DNA from: Chara braunii
Taxonomy: Eukaryota > Plantae > Charophyceae
DNA length: 64,000 nt
Reading direction: 5' to 3'
Assembly: GCA_003427395.1 (NCBI GenBank)
Contig: BFEA01000003.1
Location: 8,637,554 to 8,701,553, forward strand
Shown here: piece by piece, positions 50,001 through 63,021 of the stretch
Position numbering within the stretch: the stretch's first letter is position 1
How the letters are laid out: each line of letters opens with the position of its first letter
The notes under the pieces: generated by a model
Databases searched by the model: none
Told to the model about the DNA's origin: nothing
The model's input: the letters and a program-made list of their open reading frames with translations, nothing else
Made by a program: the position numbers and the translations under genes

Positions 50001-53000
50001 CTAACTCAAGGCAGGACCTTTACCTTTTCTTTCCCTCTTGTAGGCGTGTACTATGTCGGGAGCGGTTTTTAAAAGCTCTGTTCTTGTAAACCACCGGTCG
50101 TCCTCGGGTTCCTGGTATGCGAACCTAACTTTGTATTGTTTCTGGGGACGACCTCGGCCTCCTGTCCTAAACATGTCCTCTTCCACAATTCCCCCTATAT
50201 CGTATGCGCCATCCATGTCTGGAGGAATCATCGACCTTCTGGAAGGGAACCTGTCAGACGTGGTGCAAGGTAACAACTTAGAGGCGTGGAAGACTGGGTA
50301 CGTGTGAAGGTGTGCTGGGATCTCTATCGTATACGACGGGCCGTCCTCTCCTCCTTTGACTTTTAGGACAGGCCATGGTCCTCTATATACAGGTGAGAGC
50401 TTCTGCGAGATGTTTTCCTCCGGTGCGAACTCCTTTGACTTGACCCAGACTAGGTCACCTACCTGAAATTGTGAAGGTCGGCGGTGCTTGTTAGCCTGCT
50501 CTATCATGCGGTGTTGGGCCTTCCTCAGGTTGTTTGTGACCTTAGCAACCTCTTGCTCATGATGGAGTGCGAACTCTCGAGTACCGGGTGGAAGTCTCTG
50601 GATCTAATCCCGGTTTAGTCCTTCTAGTGGTCGCCTCGGTTTAAAAGACTTGTGTAGCTCATTAGGAGTCCGACAAGTAGCTAAGTGAACACTGTTGTTG
50701 TAGGCACTTGCTACTTTGGGGAGCAACTCGTCCCAATCTAGTTGATCTAGTCTAATGTACATTCTGAGTAGCTGTTGCAAGATCTTATTCATCTGTTTTG
50801 TCTGACCGTTAGTCTCGGGGTGTCGTCCTGACGACATCAACAACTTAGACCCATATACTTTCATAAGATCTTGCCAGTGCTGGCTGGTAAACCGCGTGTC
50901 CCTATCACTTACTATGGACAATGGCATACCATTCTCGCTTACCCAAAAATCAAAGAACTTCCTTATAACTAACTCTGTACGGGCCTCTGAAGGCAAGGGA
51001 ACAAATACTGCATACTTACTAAATCTGTCTACTATGACCATGACTTGAGTTTTTCCATGTCTGCTTCTGACTCCAGTATCCATGAAGTCAATGGACACTG
51101 AATCTCCGGGTCCAGAGGGAATAGGCAAGGGTCTAAGAAGACCCAGGGGGGCTCTAGTCGTAGCTTTATTACGCTGACACACTTTGCAACTGCGCACATA
51201 TTCTATGCAGTCTGCTTTTATGCCTGGCCACGTATAGGACGTCATCAGGTTAGCTAAAGTCTTCTGCCATCCAAAGTGCCCTTCTGTATCGTGGCATTCC
51301 CCTAAGATCAGACTACGGATCTCTTCACTATTGGGGACGCATAGCCTGTCAGCGACATTAGTCTTTTCAAACAGTAGCCCATTCGTGGTCCGGTAGTGTG
51401 GCTCACTATCTGGGGCTTCCCTTACTCTTTTGAGCAGCTCACTGTAGATTGGTTCCTATGCATAGGCATCTCTTACTTTCTGCTGCAGATCGGCCCCTAT
51501 ATCTAGATAGTGTACTATCGCACCGAAATAATCAGATCTCCTGCTTAGCGCATCAGCTACCACGTTGTACTTGCCTTTAACGGGTTTTAACTCAAAGTCA
51601 TACTGGTCTATATCTCAGCAGCCCATCTTGTCAACTTGGGCGTCATCTTGGCCTATGTCTTTAGCCATCTAAGAGTCTCGTGGTCTGAATAAACCTTAAA
51701 GTGCCTCCCAAGCACGTAGTGTTTCCAGTGCTCTAGAGCCTGCCTGAGAGCGTAGAGTTCCCTCTCGTATGTCGATGCGACGACTTTCTCTGAAGGCAGT
51801 CGGGCTGACGTGAACTCTACGGGCCTATACCCGTTGCCGTCATCTTGCTGTAGAACGACACCTATGCCATACTGACTCGCGTCTGTAGTAACAACAAATG
51901 ACAATGATGGATCGGCAACTTTTAGAACAGCGTACTCTATCAAAGCCTTCTTCAATTTCTTGAAGGCTGACGTACAATCCTGATCCCACTTCCAGATAGC
52001 TTCTTTCTTCAATAGTCTACGAAGGGGAGCAGCGATCGTAGAGAAGTTCCTCACGAACTTCCTGTAGTAGTTAGCCAGTCCTAAGAAAGAACGCAACTCT
52101 GTTAGTGTCTTAGGAGTTGGTCAATCTCTGATGGATGCTATCTTGCTGTCCTCAGGCCGAATGCCATCGCCGTCTAGTACATGGCCTAGGTAAACGACCT
52201 GTGTCTTGGCCCATTCGCACTTCTTCGGGTTAATCTTAAAGTTAGACTCTTTGAGCTTACTTAGAATCTGCCGTAGATGGCCCTCATGTTCCTCGAGGGT
52301 CTTGCTGAACACTAGGATATCGTCTAGGTAAACTACAACGAACCTATCTAGCCAAGGTTTAAACAAGTCGTTCATACAACGCTGAAATGTTGCGGGTGCA
52401 TTAGTAAGTCCAAATGGCATCACTATGAACTCGTAATGCCCATACCTTGTCCCGAATGCCGTCTTATACTGATCGTCAGGGTGGACCTCTATCTGATGGT
52501 ACCCTGATTTTAGATCTATCTTCGAGAAATATTTGCACCCCTGAACCTGATCTAGCAAATCATCCATACGCGGTAATGGCTCTGCATTCTTAATCGCGAT
52601 GGCATTCAGTCCCCTGTAGTCAATACACATGCGCAACTCTCCCTCCTTCTTTGGGACAAACAGAACAGGTGCACTGAACGGCGATGAACTAGGCCGGATC
52701 CATCCTTTTTCTAGGAGCTCATCTAACTGTCTGCGTAGCTCCTCTAACTCTTTGGGAGACATCCTGTAGACTGCCCCCTTTGGCGTTCCACTGCCAGGTT
52801 CTATTTCTATTCGATGCTGGATCGGTTTAGGCACTACCCCTGAAGGTGGTTCATATAAATCCTTATATTCTTCCAGCAGACTAACAATAGCAGGATGGAT
52901 CTTTTCTTCCTCCTTAGGCTGATCGGACACTAGCCTAACATAGGCCACGAACACCTGCTCTTCAAGTTGCTCCTATTGCACAAGCCTGGCGAATGCAGGA

Positions 53001-53695
53001 GCGCTGAGGCAGCAATGGGCAAGGGGATTATCTACCCCGGACTCATGGAACAGGCGGACTTTCTTGACTTCGCCTGACGCACTAGGGAGCGTACACTCAT
53101 GCTCTCTGAGGTGAAGTGTGGCTCCTGCTGCCTCTCCCCAATCTGTGCCTAAAACTATGTCAAACGGGAGACTCTCTTCTACAAGGAGGGTCAGGGAGTG
53201 CAGTACCTTCTCTACCTTGCCATCTTTCTCCAGGCGAAAGTAGGCGTGAACTCCCTCAACATACTCTTCGACGCGCATCCTTCTATTGTCTGCAAGGATG
53301 CTGACCACAGGCTCTTCTAGTCGTTGGACCTTTAGGTTCAACTTCAACTTCCTCAGCGCTTTACGACTAATATAGCTCCTAGTCGCCCCGCTGTTTATGA
53401 GGGCTCCTACTCTAGCTCTAAATATCTCTACATCTGCGAGGATTAGTTGTCCTTTACTATCCTTCTTCATCTTGGCCCAGGCTTGCCTCCTCTCTCTCAG
53501 TTCATCGGCTAAGCCTGTGAGGGAAGCGCCTAAAGAGACCCTAACACAAGCGATCTCTGGACAGCTTACTAGACGCTGGCCTGCAACCTCTGCCATGGAA
53601 ATATGTGGAGTGGGAGACCCTACTTCGCGGGCACGCTCAGATCCACATACTCCTGAGGTAGGGGCAGTTGCAACCCCTACCGGCGACTGTCTTTT
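50001..53695 (-). pseudogene. pol: pol of element 2 (PR, RT, RNase H, IN, chromodomain; several stops)
   Basis: LINSGAT; CIDYRGL, YLDD; TDAS; SIDF, SDRD; YRGPW; chromodomain YDIGGI...YKVRFAY...W. Confidence 0.95.
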
Positions 53696-55625
53696 GCTGC
53701 CCCAGATGCAGCACGGTCCCTATACTTAGGACAAAATTTGATAATGTGGCCCGGGTCCCTGCAGAATACGCATTGAGAACTATTAATGCGTTCTTGCCAT
53801 ACCCTTTGATCTATACCCAGGTCTAACCAAGGTCGGCCTTCAGGCCGGCCTGGATGCAACCTTCCTTGTCTGGGAGGTGACCGACTAGAACTCGGACGGT
53901 TAGACGGGGGACCTCCCCTTCCTCCCGCTTGGCAGTTGCCATAGCCGCCAACCCCGTAGCCGCCCTATCCTCGGCCACCCTGGGCCCAACCACTTGGGCC
54001 GGACCGTTGTCCTCCTTGCGGCCTCCCTCCAGCCGCGACAGCAGCGTAGGTTCTCCCCTGGCCTGCGCTGTTGTCCTCCTCTAATCCCCACGCGATGTCA
54101 GAGTAGGGAACCTCCTCTGCACCACCTTCCTCCATCGTTAAGATCAGACTATCTTTGGCCTTGATTTGGCTTGAGATGGTGCGTCCCTTCCACGTTTTTC
54201 CCTTAGACAGATCCTTGTGCCAGAACGTGGTAACTGGCGACGCTTGGGCGGCAAATGCAACTGCCTCCCGACTAAGTGTATCGTAAGTCATGCCCTGCTG
54301 ATTCTTCTTCTCGAAGAAGTGTCCCTGAATATTTTCAGGCAGGGCGCGGTAGAAGAGGTTAAGGAGTTGCACATCAGTGACTCCATGTCAGGGACCGCAA
54401 TCAGTTCGTCCATAGCGGACCTTAGCGCATGCACACTCTTCCACTGACGAGTGTGGATCATTTGGAGTTTGTCTGAGGCCTTCGAGTGACATCAAAAAAT
54501 CGCTCCCTGAGGGCTTTCAGGAAGTCGGAGAGGGGTGTCAGTCTGGAGTATGCAACCATATCGTTATCGCAGTTGGCAGCGCGGGCTAGCGACCTAGCAA
54601 AGCTAGTTGCTTCGTCTCTAAGGGCCTGGAAGGCCACCAAAGTATGGTCTTCAGGTGTGACTCCCTGCAGATACAGATAGGAGTGCACATTGGCCTCCCA
54701 GATATCAAAATCTTCACCCTTCTTCCCACTGAAGGGTTCGGGAAATCGGACCTTGACTTTCTCGCGACATGGTGGGGCCGGCTCCTCTTCCTTAGGGGCC
54801 GCTAGCTTGGCGCCTTCAATGGCGCCAGTACAAAACTCTCGGATCCTATTAACCGCAATGTGCACTTCGGTCAGCAGGTAATTCATCATGTCGCACGCGA
54901 AGTCCTTGAACCCCGCGCGTATCGCGTCTATCTTGATGTCTTGACTGCGTTCGTACTGCATTTGTTCCCGCCGTGCGACTAATAAAGCCTCTACACTTTG
55001 GATCAGCGTATCTAGCTTGGTTGCTAGCTCAGTCTCCGCTCGGATCTTCCCCATCCTAACTTCCGCCGCTCTTAGGTCCTTGTCCGCCCTCTCTGCCGCT
55101 TCCAATCTCCTGACCCTTTCTTGGGATAACCGGTATCTCCACGCCATCCGCTGTTCCTCCTCCTTTGCCCCTCTCTTTACTGGATCCCTCTCTGCTTCTA
55201 TTTGCCTCCTGGCTGCTTCTTTTTCTTTCTCGGGTACAGCCATCTCAGCCTCCTGGTCTTCCCCTAACTTCAAATGTGCGGCCCACTCCTGTGCCCTTTC
55301 CGCAATCTCCGCTTCTTTACTTGTGTTTCCTCCTCCTCTTCTCCTCTCTAGCGGTCTTTCTTCTTCTTCTTCCGCTTCTTTTTTTTTTCCTTCTTCCGCC
55401 TGAATAGCTGCCATCTTCTCCTCCTGCTCCTTCTTCCATCTTTCCATCTCCTCCTCCATCTGCCTCTTCTTTGCTTCCTGCTCCTCCAACAGCGCCAACA
55501 TCTTAGCCTGTCTNATTAGTTCCCTCTTCTCCATCTTCTCTTTCTTCTCACGCAGAAGGGCGGCAGCTCTCTCCTCCTGCTCTTTGCTGTAGGGTGGTAA
55601 CGGTTCCGGATCTAAGGGTCACCAT
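53677..55625 (-). pseudogene. gag: gag of element 2 with long E/K/R-rich N-terminus
   Basis: PEPFSG, LFYRAL; CVFCRDPGHIIKFC zinc knuckle. Confidence 0.85.
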
Positions 55626-56405
55626 GTTGACAACGCACAATTAACAACAATTCCACACCTCAACACTTAGACCGAACAAGTTACCTATACTTCGGGGATT
55701 TGGTTCACTACCCGAACTGAACTCGCGGTTCTATGACCACACACACAGAGTCCTAACACCCTAGACAGTAGTGACAGGGAGATAGGACTAACTGTCCTTG
55801 ACAGACTCTATGCCGGCAAGTACCGGGGTGAAGGTACACACTCACGGGGTAAGGGATAGGCCAGGCTTGGGAAGATAGTACCGTTTGTCTTCTTGCTCCA
55901 GCTGGATCAACGCTCCGTCAACGGACTTGGTCAACTTCGCCGGTCAACGCTCCAGGTCAATGCGCTAGGCAGCTCCGGTCAATGCTCAGTCAACGCCCTA
56001 GACAGCCCGATCAACACTGGTCAATGCCTGCTCAACACCCGTGGTCAACCTTGGTCAACATCTGGTCAACTCTCCCGGTCAACCTTCTGACCTCCCGGCT
56101 ATGGTGGACCTCCTTCTCCTTCACCTCAGCTATGGCTGATCTTGTCTCCCTCTTCGTCACTGTCTTCTTCCTTTCTTCTCTTTGCGTCTCTTCTTTCTCC
56201 CTCTTTGATGTTGGTCTTCTTCCCCGAACTCGACAGCTATGGCTACTGTCCCCCTTCCTCTCTCTTCCTCTCTCTCTCTCTCTCTTACTCTCTCTCTCTC
56301 TCTCTTACTCTCTCTCTCTCTCTCTCTCTGCCAAGCTCCGGCTATGGCGGCTTCTTCCTTCTTCCTTGTGTGTTGCAGCTCCGCCGGCGTGGACAACGGG
56401 TACCT

Positions 56406-56417
56406 GCTCCGATACCA
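56406..56417 (-). promoter_or_regulatory. Primer binding site (tRNA-iMet type)
   Basis: Reverse complement reads TGGTATCGGAGC. Confidence 0.9.
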
Positions 56418-56418
56418 G

Positions 56419-57539
56419 TGCAATCAGACTCAACTCTGGACTTGCTCACAACATGCACACTTGAGAACCGATGGCAAGACTGAACTCTTTCAACTCAAAA
56501 AAACAACAATGAGCTTGTCTTAAACTCAATCTTTACAGCTGCACAACTTGCGGCTATGGCCGCCGAACACGGTCTCTACCCCCAGCCTCACTCTCTCCCT
56601 CACTGTCTCATGCATGCACGTACGAGGATNNNNNNNNNNNNNNNNNNNNNNNNNNNNNNNNNNNNNNNNNNNNNNNNNNNNNNNNNNNNNNNNNNNNNNN
56701 NNNNNNNNNNNNNNNNNNNNNNNNNNNNNNNNNNNNNNNNNNNNNNNNNNNNNNNNNNNNNNNNNNNNNNNNNNNNNNNNNNNNNNNNNNNNNNNNNNNN
56801 NNNNNNNNNNNNNNNNNNNNNNNNNNNNNNNNNNNNNNNNNNNNNNNNNNNNNNNNNNNNNNNNNNNNNNNNNNNNNNNNNNNNNNNNNNNNNNNNNNNN
56901 NNNNNNNNNNNNNNNNNNNNNNNNNNNNNNNNNNNNNNNNNNNNNNNNNNNNNNNNNNNNNNNNNNNNNNNNNNNNNNNNNNNNNNNNNNNNNNNNNNNN
57001 NNNNNNNNNNNNNNNNNNNNNNNNNNNNNNNNNNNNNNNNNNNNNNNNNNNNNNNNNNNNNNNNNNNNNNNNNNNNNNNNNNNNNNNNNNNNNNNNNNNN
57101 NNNNNNNNNNNNNNNNNNNNNNNNNNNNNNNNNNNNNNNNNNNNNNNNNNNNNNNNNNNNNNNNNNNNNNNNNNNNNNNNNNNNNNNNNNNNNNNNNNNN
57201 NNNNNNNNNNNNNNNNNNNNNNNNNNNNNNNNNNNNNNNNNNNNNNNNNNNNNNNNNNNNNNNNNNNNNNNNNNNNNNNNNNNNNNNNNNNNNNNNNNNN
57301 NNNNNNNNNNNNNNCCTAGGGATCAAGTCCTACTGACCAAACTACAGACTAACCTAAGTCGTAGGACAGGTTTGGGGATCGAATCCTACTCAGGTCACGG
57401 GGTCTATGTGCAGGTACAGGGTAGGTCTAGGGATCGAATCTCACTCAGCACACAGGGTCAATGTATAGGGTTAGGGCACAGGTCTAGGGATCGAATCTCT
57501 GTGACTGCAGTACAAGGTCAATTGGGTGAAGCCGTTTTA
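56419..57539 (-). repeat. 5' LTR of element 2 (contains an N-gap)
   Basis: Matches 48890-49962 at both ends. Confidence 0.9.
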
Positions 57540-58269
57540 ATATTTCTGATTATTCCAAAATCATTCTCAGAATCATCGTAACTCTCAACTCCTAGAACTA
57601 AGCGGATTGGTATTTTTTAATACCTAAATTCCTAAATTTAGAATCTCTGAATCTACAATCTGTATCACTTTCCATGTTTTATCTTCGCTGCATTTGCTTC
57701 CATTACCTGACTCTTATCTAATTCGATTGCAAAATCCTCGTCTTCAAAAATTACTCGAAATTTCTTCAGCGTATTTTTCTTTGGTTCGAAATGCCAGTTG
57801 TGTTTCTGGTATCTATATTCTCCTCTCTGAGCATCGACGTTTATTTTCGATGGATGGAAGGTGGGGTGAACAGGGGAGAGCTTTGCTCTGCACGGGCGAC
57901 ACCAGGAGGGAGGTGAAGCCCTGGAGGGGGTGCGAGCAAAACTAGTGGGTTGCCTTATTCTAGGGTTGGGGTGGGGGTACTCACACCAGCGGAGGCAGAT
58001 TAGGTAAAAGGTGGGCAGATGCATACTTTGGGAGGGAGCCGTATGCCTTAGTGGGATAAGGGTGGGGAAGGTGGGACTGTCCCAAGTTGGGGCGGTGATG
58101 GGTTGCCTACAATCTGGGTAATCCGTTTTGGCGAGGCGGCGTTGGGACATGATGGAAAGGAGGGGAGGGAGGAGGCTAATCTTAGGTGTAAGCACTAATT
58201 ATGTTATATCAAGCTTACCTGTTTTTTTGCAATCCTAGGCGATATCTAGTTTTCCCTTGATATAAAATA

Positions 58270-59897
58270 CATGGTTTTAGAGATGGTAGAATCCTGACAG
58301 ATGTCTGCAAAGCCAATGTGTTTCGGGCTCTTGGTTTGCCGATGCTAGAACGACGCTGGCTGGTGCTGGGGCGTTAGCCCTGTGACCTGTTGGTAGCAGG
58401 AGCGTGAGGCCTGGTAGAGAGATCTAGAGATTAGTAGAGGGAGGAAGGCAATCCAGTGGCGAACTGGGGGGAGTCAGCCTTGACAACCTAAAGGGCAGGG
58501 TATAGTCTTGGTGGCAAGATCACATCAGCTGTGACTGGCATTGGTTAGGAAAGTATTGTCTCTGGGGTTGTGTGTTTGGTATAAGGGATGACTAGGTTTG
58601 CTAAAAAAAATAAGAATCCCATAGTTAAATGATAGTTTTCAATCATGTTATATTAATTTACCGCCGCCAGTATAGAGGGATATCACAGGGCTTTTCAAAA
58701 AAAAAAAAAAAAAAAAACTTTCTCTTAGCAATCCATCTTAGGCGGTTTCGATGCTGTTATACCCAGTGATCTGCGGCTGTTCGATACCAGAACGACGCTG
58801 GCCGGTGCTGGGGTGTTGCCCTGTAACCTGCTGATGCAGGAGCGTGAGGCCTGGTAGAGAGATCTGGGATGCTTTGGGGTGGGCATCCCAAGGGATGACC
58901 AAGGGTTGCTGCTGGGATGACGCTGGTCGGAGCTGGGGCGAGTTGTGTTGCCCTGTAACCCAGCAGGGTGGGGGCGTGAGGCCTGGAAGACCTCAGCAGG
59001 GAGTAAGACGGTGTTGGGAAGTCTTAGAAGGGTTTGTTAGGGAACCTGAGGGTTGTGAGCATTCGTAGGACCTCTGTGGCAGGTTATTGCATGAGTAGTT
59101 CCCTAATAGGTCATTAGACACTCTTTATTCTCCCCATGTTTCTGAATCACATCGTGTTCATAGATTGTTCTCAGCCGAAGCCGGGTAATGGCCCCAGTAT
59201 CTGAAATGATCTCAAACGATCACAAATGTTCTCAATGATCTGTACAATTCGATATGGGACGCTGGGCCCAGTTCCCAGCACGTGCTGCTCCCAATGAAAA
59301 GACTGGAGCATTTGTTTAAAAAAAAAAAAAAAGCTTTCTGGTGTTCTGAAATTTAAAATTTTTGGCAGCATCTGGCCTTCTTCCTCAGTCAGGATATAGG
59401 ATTTCAGAGATGGTCAAACCTGGACTGATGTCTATAGAGTTGCTTTGTTCTGTGCCCCTGGTTTGCCGATGCCAGAACGACGCTGGCCGGAGCTGGGGCG
59501 TTGCCCTTTAACCTGCAAATGGCAGGAGTGTAAGGCCTTGTAGAGAGATCTGGGGTTTGCTGAGGGAGGAAGGCAATCCAGTGGCAAACTGGGTGGGCTG
59601 CCTTGACAACCTATGGGGCCAGGGATAGTCTAGGTGGCGAGATGAGGTCGGCTATGGTTGATGTTGATAAGGTTGGTATTGTCTCTGAGTTGCAATGTCC
59701 TGGTACAGGGAGTGCTAGGAGTTGTTCTAGAATTAGGAGACCAGAATTGCTGATATAGCATAGTCTTCTATAAGTTTTGTATACACTAATCATTATCATC
59801 ATTAGTATGATTATCTCACATTTCACATAGAATCAGCAGGAGTTCATCATCATCATCATCATCATATGAGGGACGCTGAGCCCGGTTCTCAGCAAGT
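58270..59897 (+). mobile_element. Two head-to-tail non-autonomous retroposon units with internal ~85-bp repeats; 3' modules at 59256-59332 and 59870-59897 (partial)
   Basis: ACGACGCTGG...GCCCTGTAACC...GTGAGGCCTGG repeated at ~58340, 58780, 58915 and 59465; 59170-59330 matches the reverse complement of 15640-15780. Confidence 0.6.
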
Positions 59898-59921
59898 TCG
59901 GTTCTGTCACTCCGGGTAGAC

Positions 59922-60846
59922 TGTGAGGACCCCGGCCTCAATTTCCTTATTGGTAATATATATATAAAAACAAAAAAGGATTTCACACAGCTAGGCACCA
60001 GAAGTCTCGGTCCCAAGGACCCAATCAGTCCCGGTCTCAGGCTGTCCCAAAGGATAGGTCTTAGGGTTCGTAGGCCAAAGCATCGCAGGTCGGTAGGAGT
60101 CGACAAGTGGGCCGCTATATCTTCGGGATCAGTAAGCAGCTCCTCCTCATTTGCAGTGTGCAAGGATTGGTGACATACTGCTGGAGCCAAGCGCTGGACT
60201 TGGAGCGCTGCCTGGAGGAAGGAGAGCAGCTGGGCGCTCAGCCTGGCTATGGCAAGCAGCCCGGCCTGAGGAGGAGGAAGAAGGGGCCGAAGGAGGAGAG
60301 TGGCGAGGTACCAACCTGGCTATGGTGGACACCGTCTTCATCACCTTGATAGGCGCTGCATCTGGAAGGCCCTAGTTGGGGTAGTGCTACACCAAGGAAG
60401 CTCGAGGCAGAGTCAGGCATGGCGGACTGATGAGCAACGACATAGCTGCTTTGTGTTGTGCTTTGCACAAGAGGGCAGAGCCCCTGGTAGTCCGTCATAG
60501 CCTTGGTATGTGAGAGGAAAAAGAAGGGGGAAGCCATGGCTATGGTGGACCTATTGTTGTGCGGGTAGTAAGAGGGAACTTCGAATATTGATTCGGGTTC
60601 ATCCACTCATTGTTATTATTATTATTCGGAAGAAGAATAAGATTGGCAAAGTCAAGGAGGAGGAGCAAGGTGGAGAGAGAAGGGGAATTTGTCATTGGTC
60701 TTGCTCGTGTACATCTTCTTCTTCTTCTTCTTCTTTCTCTCTTCTTTGGTCTCTATCTCTTTGCAAGTGCTTTCATTTCTTTCGCAATTGGGTGGCATTG
60801 TCTTTCATTGTGAATTTGCACTTTGGGAATGACCAGGATCGTAACA
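59922..60846 (+). mobile_element. Probable solo LTR related to element 1
   Basis: TGTGAGGACCC...CAGGATCGTAACA, colinear with the element 1 LTR; no PBS and no matching TSD. Confidence 0.7.
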
Positions 60847-60851
60847 AGTAG

Positions 60852-62081
60852 TGTAATCACCAGAAAAATCGCAGATTGAGAACATTACTGTTTTCTAAAC
60901 TTTTCCGAGTATTGCTGTTTTCTGGAATGATTTGCTCAGATTTCCATGTTCAGCTGAGATTTGCTGTGTCTGCTGGGTGTGTGTTTTAGATTGGAAACAA
61001 TTATGCTGGTGCCAGGGTGTGGCATACTGTGCAGCCACACGCGCCTGCAGGGCCCGACCAGAGTTCTCAGCCTAAAAGCCTGAAAACGAGGGTCTACAGG
61101 CCCTGTGTCGCTTTCAGCCTAAAAGCCTGAAAACGAGGGCTTACAGGCCCTGTGTCGGTTCAGCCTGACAGCCTGAAAATAAGGGCCTACAGGCCCTGTG
61201 TCGTTTCAGCCTGACAGCCTGAAAACAAGGGCCTACAGGCCCTGTGTCGTGTCAGACTGACAGCCTGAAAACGAGGGCCTACAGGCCCTGGGTCGGTTCA
61301 GCCTGACAGCCTGAAAACAAGGGCCTATAGGCCCTCAGTCTTTAGCCAGAAGCTACCTGGAAACTACCTGGAAGCTTCCTCAGGGGCTAGCACGTTCTGG
61401 CATTGGCAAGAGCGGCCTCCCGGAAGCTTCCTCAGGGTCTAGCACGTTTGGGCATTGGCAAGAGCAGCCTCCTGGACGGACCAGCACTATATAAGACTGG
61501 CCCGCCCTACAGGAAGAGGTAGTTCATAGGGACTGGCCAGGCACTTCATGTGCAGTTCAGGAGGCAGGAGGTAGTCTTCAGGATTCGGCAGCATCACTCT
61601 GGAGGAGCGCTGCAGGAGTAGTAGTAGTCTTCAGCGCTGGGCGCTAGTAGGAGCTAGAGTAGCATTGGAGAGGGAGAGAGAGAGATGGTTGGCGGAGGCC
61701 AGGGAGACTTACCTGTGGCGCCATAGCTCCAGGTTCGTCTGCAACAAGGTTAGTACCGGACTGAGAGAGAGAGAGAGAGAGTTCTTCTTCTTCCTCTTCT
61801 AAGTCCACCATCTCTTCCTCACCCTCTCGCTACCTGACTGCTCAGTATCTGCAGACTACGAGAGAGAGAGATTGGGGACTTTGGGACTTGACGACAGTTG
61901 GATCCAGACTTGACATTGGGATTCAGACATTTGACGAGGAACTATTTGGGACCTGTACTGAAGACTTGGTGTTGACTACATTCCCATCTTCCCCTCCTCT
62001 TCGTCTAACCCCCCTCTTCTTCGTCTGTGTATGGTTGGGGACTGGCGCATTCTTCCTGTGTGAGCGCCAGGCCCCTTCACA
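60852..62081 (+). mobile_element. Probable solo LTR of another family
   Basis: TGTAAT...TTCACA ends, U3-like tandem repeats, TATATAA at 61488; no TSD found. Confidence 0.5.
61066..61335. repeat. Tandem minisatellite, ~42-43 bp x about 6
   Basis: Unit TTCAGCCTGACAGCCTGAAAACGAGGGCCTACAGGCCCTGTGTCG. Confidence 0.9.
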
Positions 62082-62937
62082 CCATGGAATGATGATGACG
62101 TATGTTTGGTCTGCATTGCGACATTGATTGGGTTGATCATTGGTATTTTAGCCTTCCACTGCGCTATCTTGTACTATGTGAGAGAGGTCGGTTCTTGTTC
62201 TGGTCTGCACCGTTACGGTATGCGACACAGGGTTTGAATCTCGAATAGGCAGAAAAAACAGTTGAGAGCAGCACACAATAGCGGTAATGTTTTTGGTCCA
62301 TTTTTGGACTTGGGCCCTCCACAGACCACGGACCGCCCCTGTGGTTATGACATCCGCACTTGTTACGAAGTGTCACGAGGCTTTTTTTGCTTTTTCGAAC
62401 TCGGCGCGCGCGAGACCCGCCGCTACTTGTTTTTTGTGCCGATCCGCAAACTCGTTTTCGTTCACTGTGCAGTTGGCTCTTTAGATTTCACCACAACAGC
62501 CCCTGGCCCACCTAGATGAGTATATCAAAAATCGATGCAGCTTTACCTCTGTTGCAGACAATGAAACAGTTTCACCTCTATACAAGCAACATGGAGCAGA
62601 ATAGATCCTTTATATCCCTTTCTTGACTATCTTTACTTTGGCTTTCTTTGGGGTGCCCCTTTTATTTGTTTTGGCAGCTCCCCTTTTACTATGCCTCTCA
62701 TGTACAAGGCTAGTCATGTTCATTGTGGTTCAGCACCAGCTGCCCACATCCCAGTGCGCCTTAACGGCACACTTGCACATTATGAAAGGAGGCAGCGTAA
62801 AACGGGGGTACACTCCTGTACATTTTTCTTTCGATTTCCAGCTTATATTTTGTCTGTTCTCTTAATGATGCTCATTCGTACGCATTCCCTAGTAGTACAC
62901 AAGGGGAGGAAGGAAGGAACGGGTGGGGGTGGAGTTC

Positions 62938-62939
<2 letters not shown>

Positions 62940-63018
<79 letters not shown>
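62940..63018. repeat. (GA)n microsatellite
   Basis: Direct reading of the sequence. Confidence 0.95.

Positions 63019-63021
<3 letters not shown>

Larger units (their letters stand above)
48890..57539 (-). mobile_element. Full-length decayed Ty3/gypsy chromovirus LTR retrotransposon (element 2)
   Basis: LTRs 48890-49962 and 56419-57539; ATAT TSD; PBS 56406-56417; PPT-like tract 49963-49975. Confidence 0.95.

Noticed and set aside
61066-61335. CRISPR-like array
   Set aside because: There are no unique spacers and no cas genes; it is a simple tandem repeat in an LTR-like context.
62156-62476. Possible TIR element (CCACTGCGC...GTGCAGTTGG)
   Set aside because: The inverted match is too short and imperfect, and there is no TSD.
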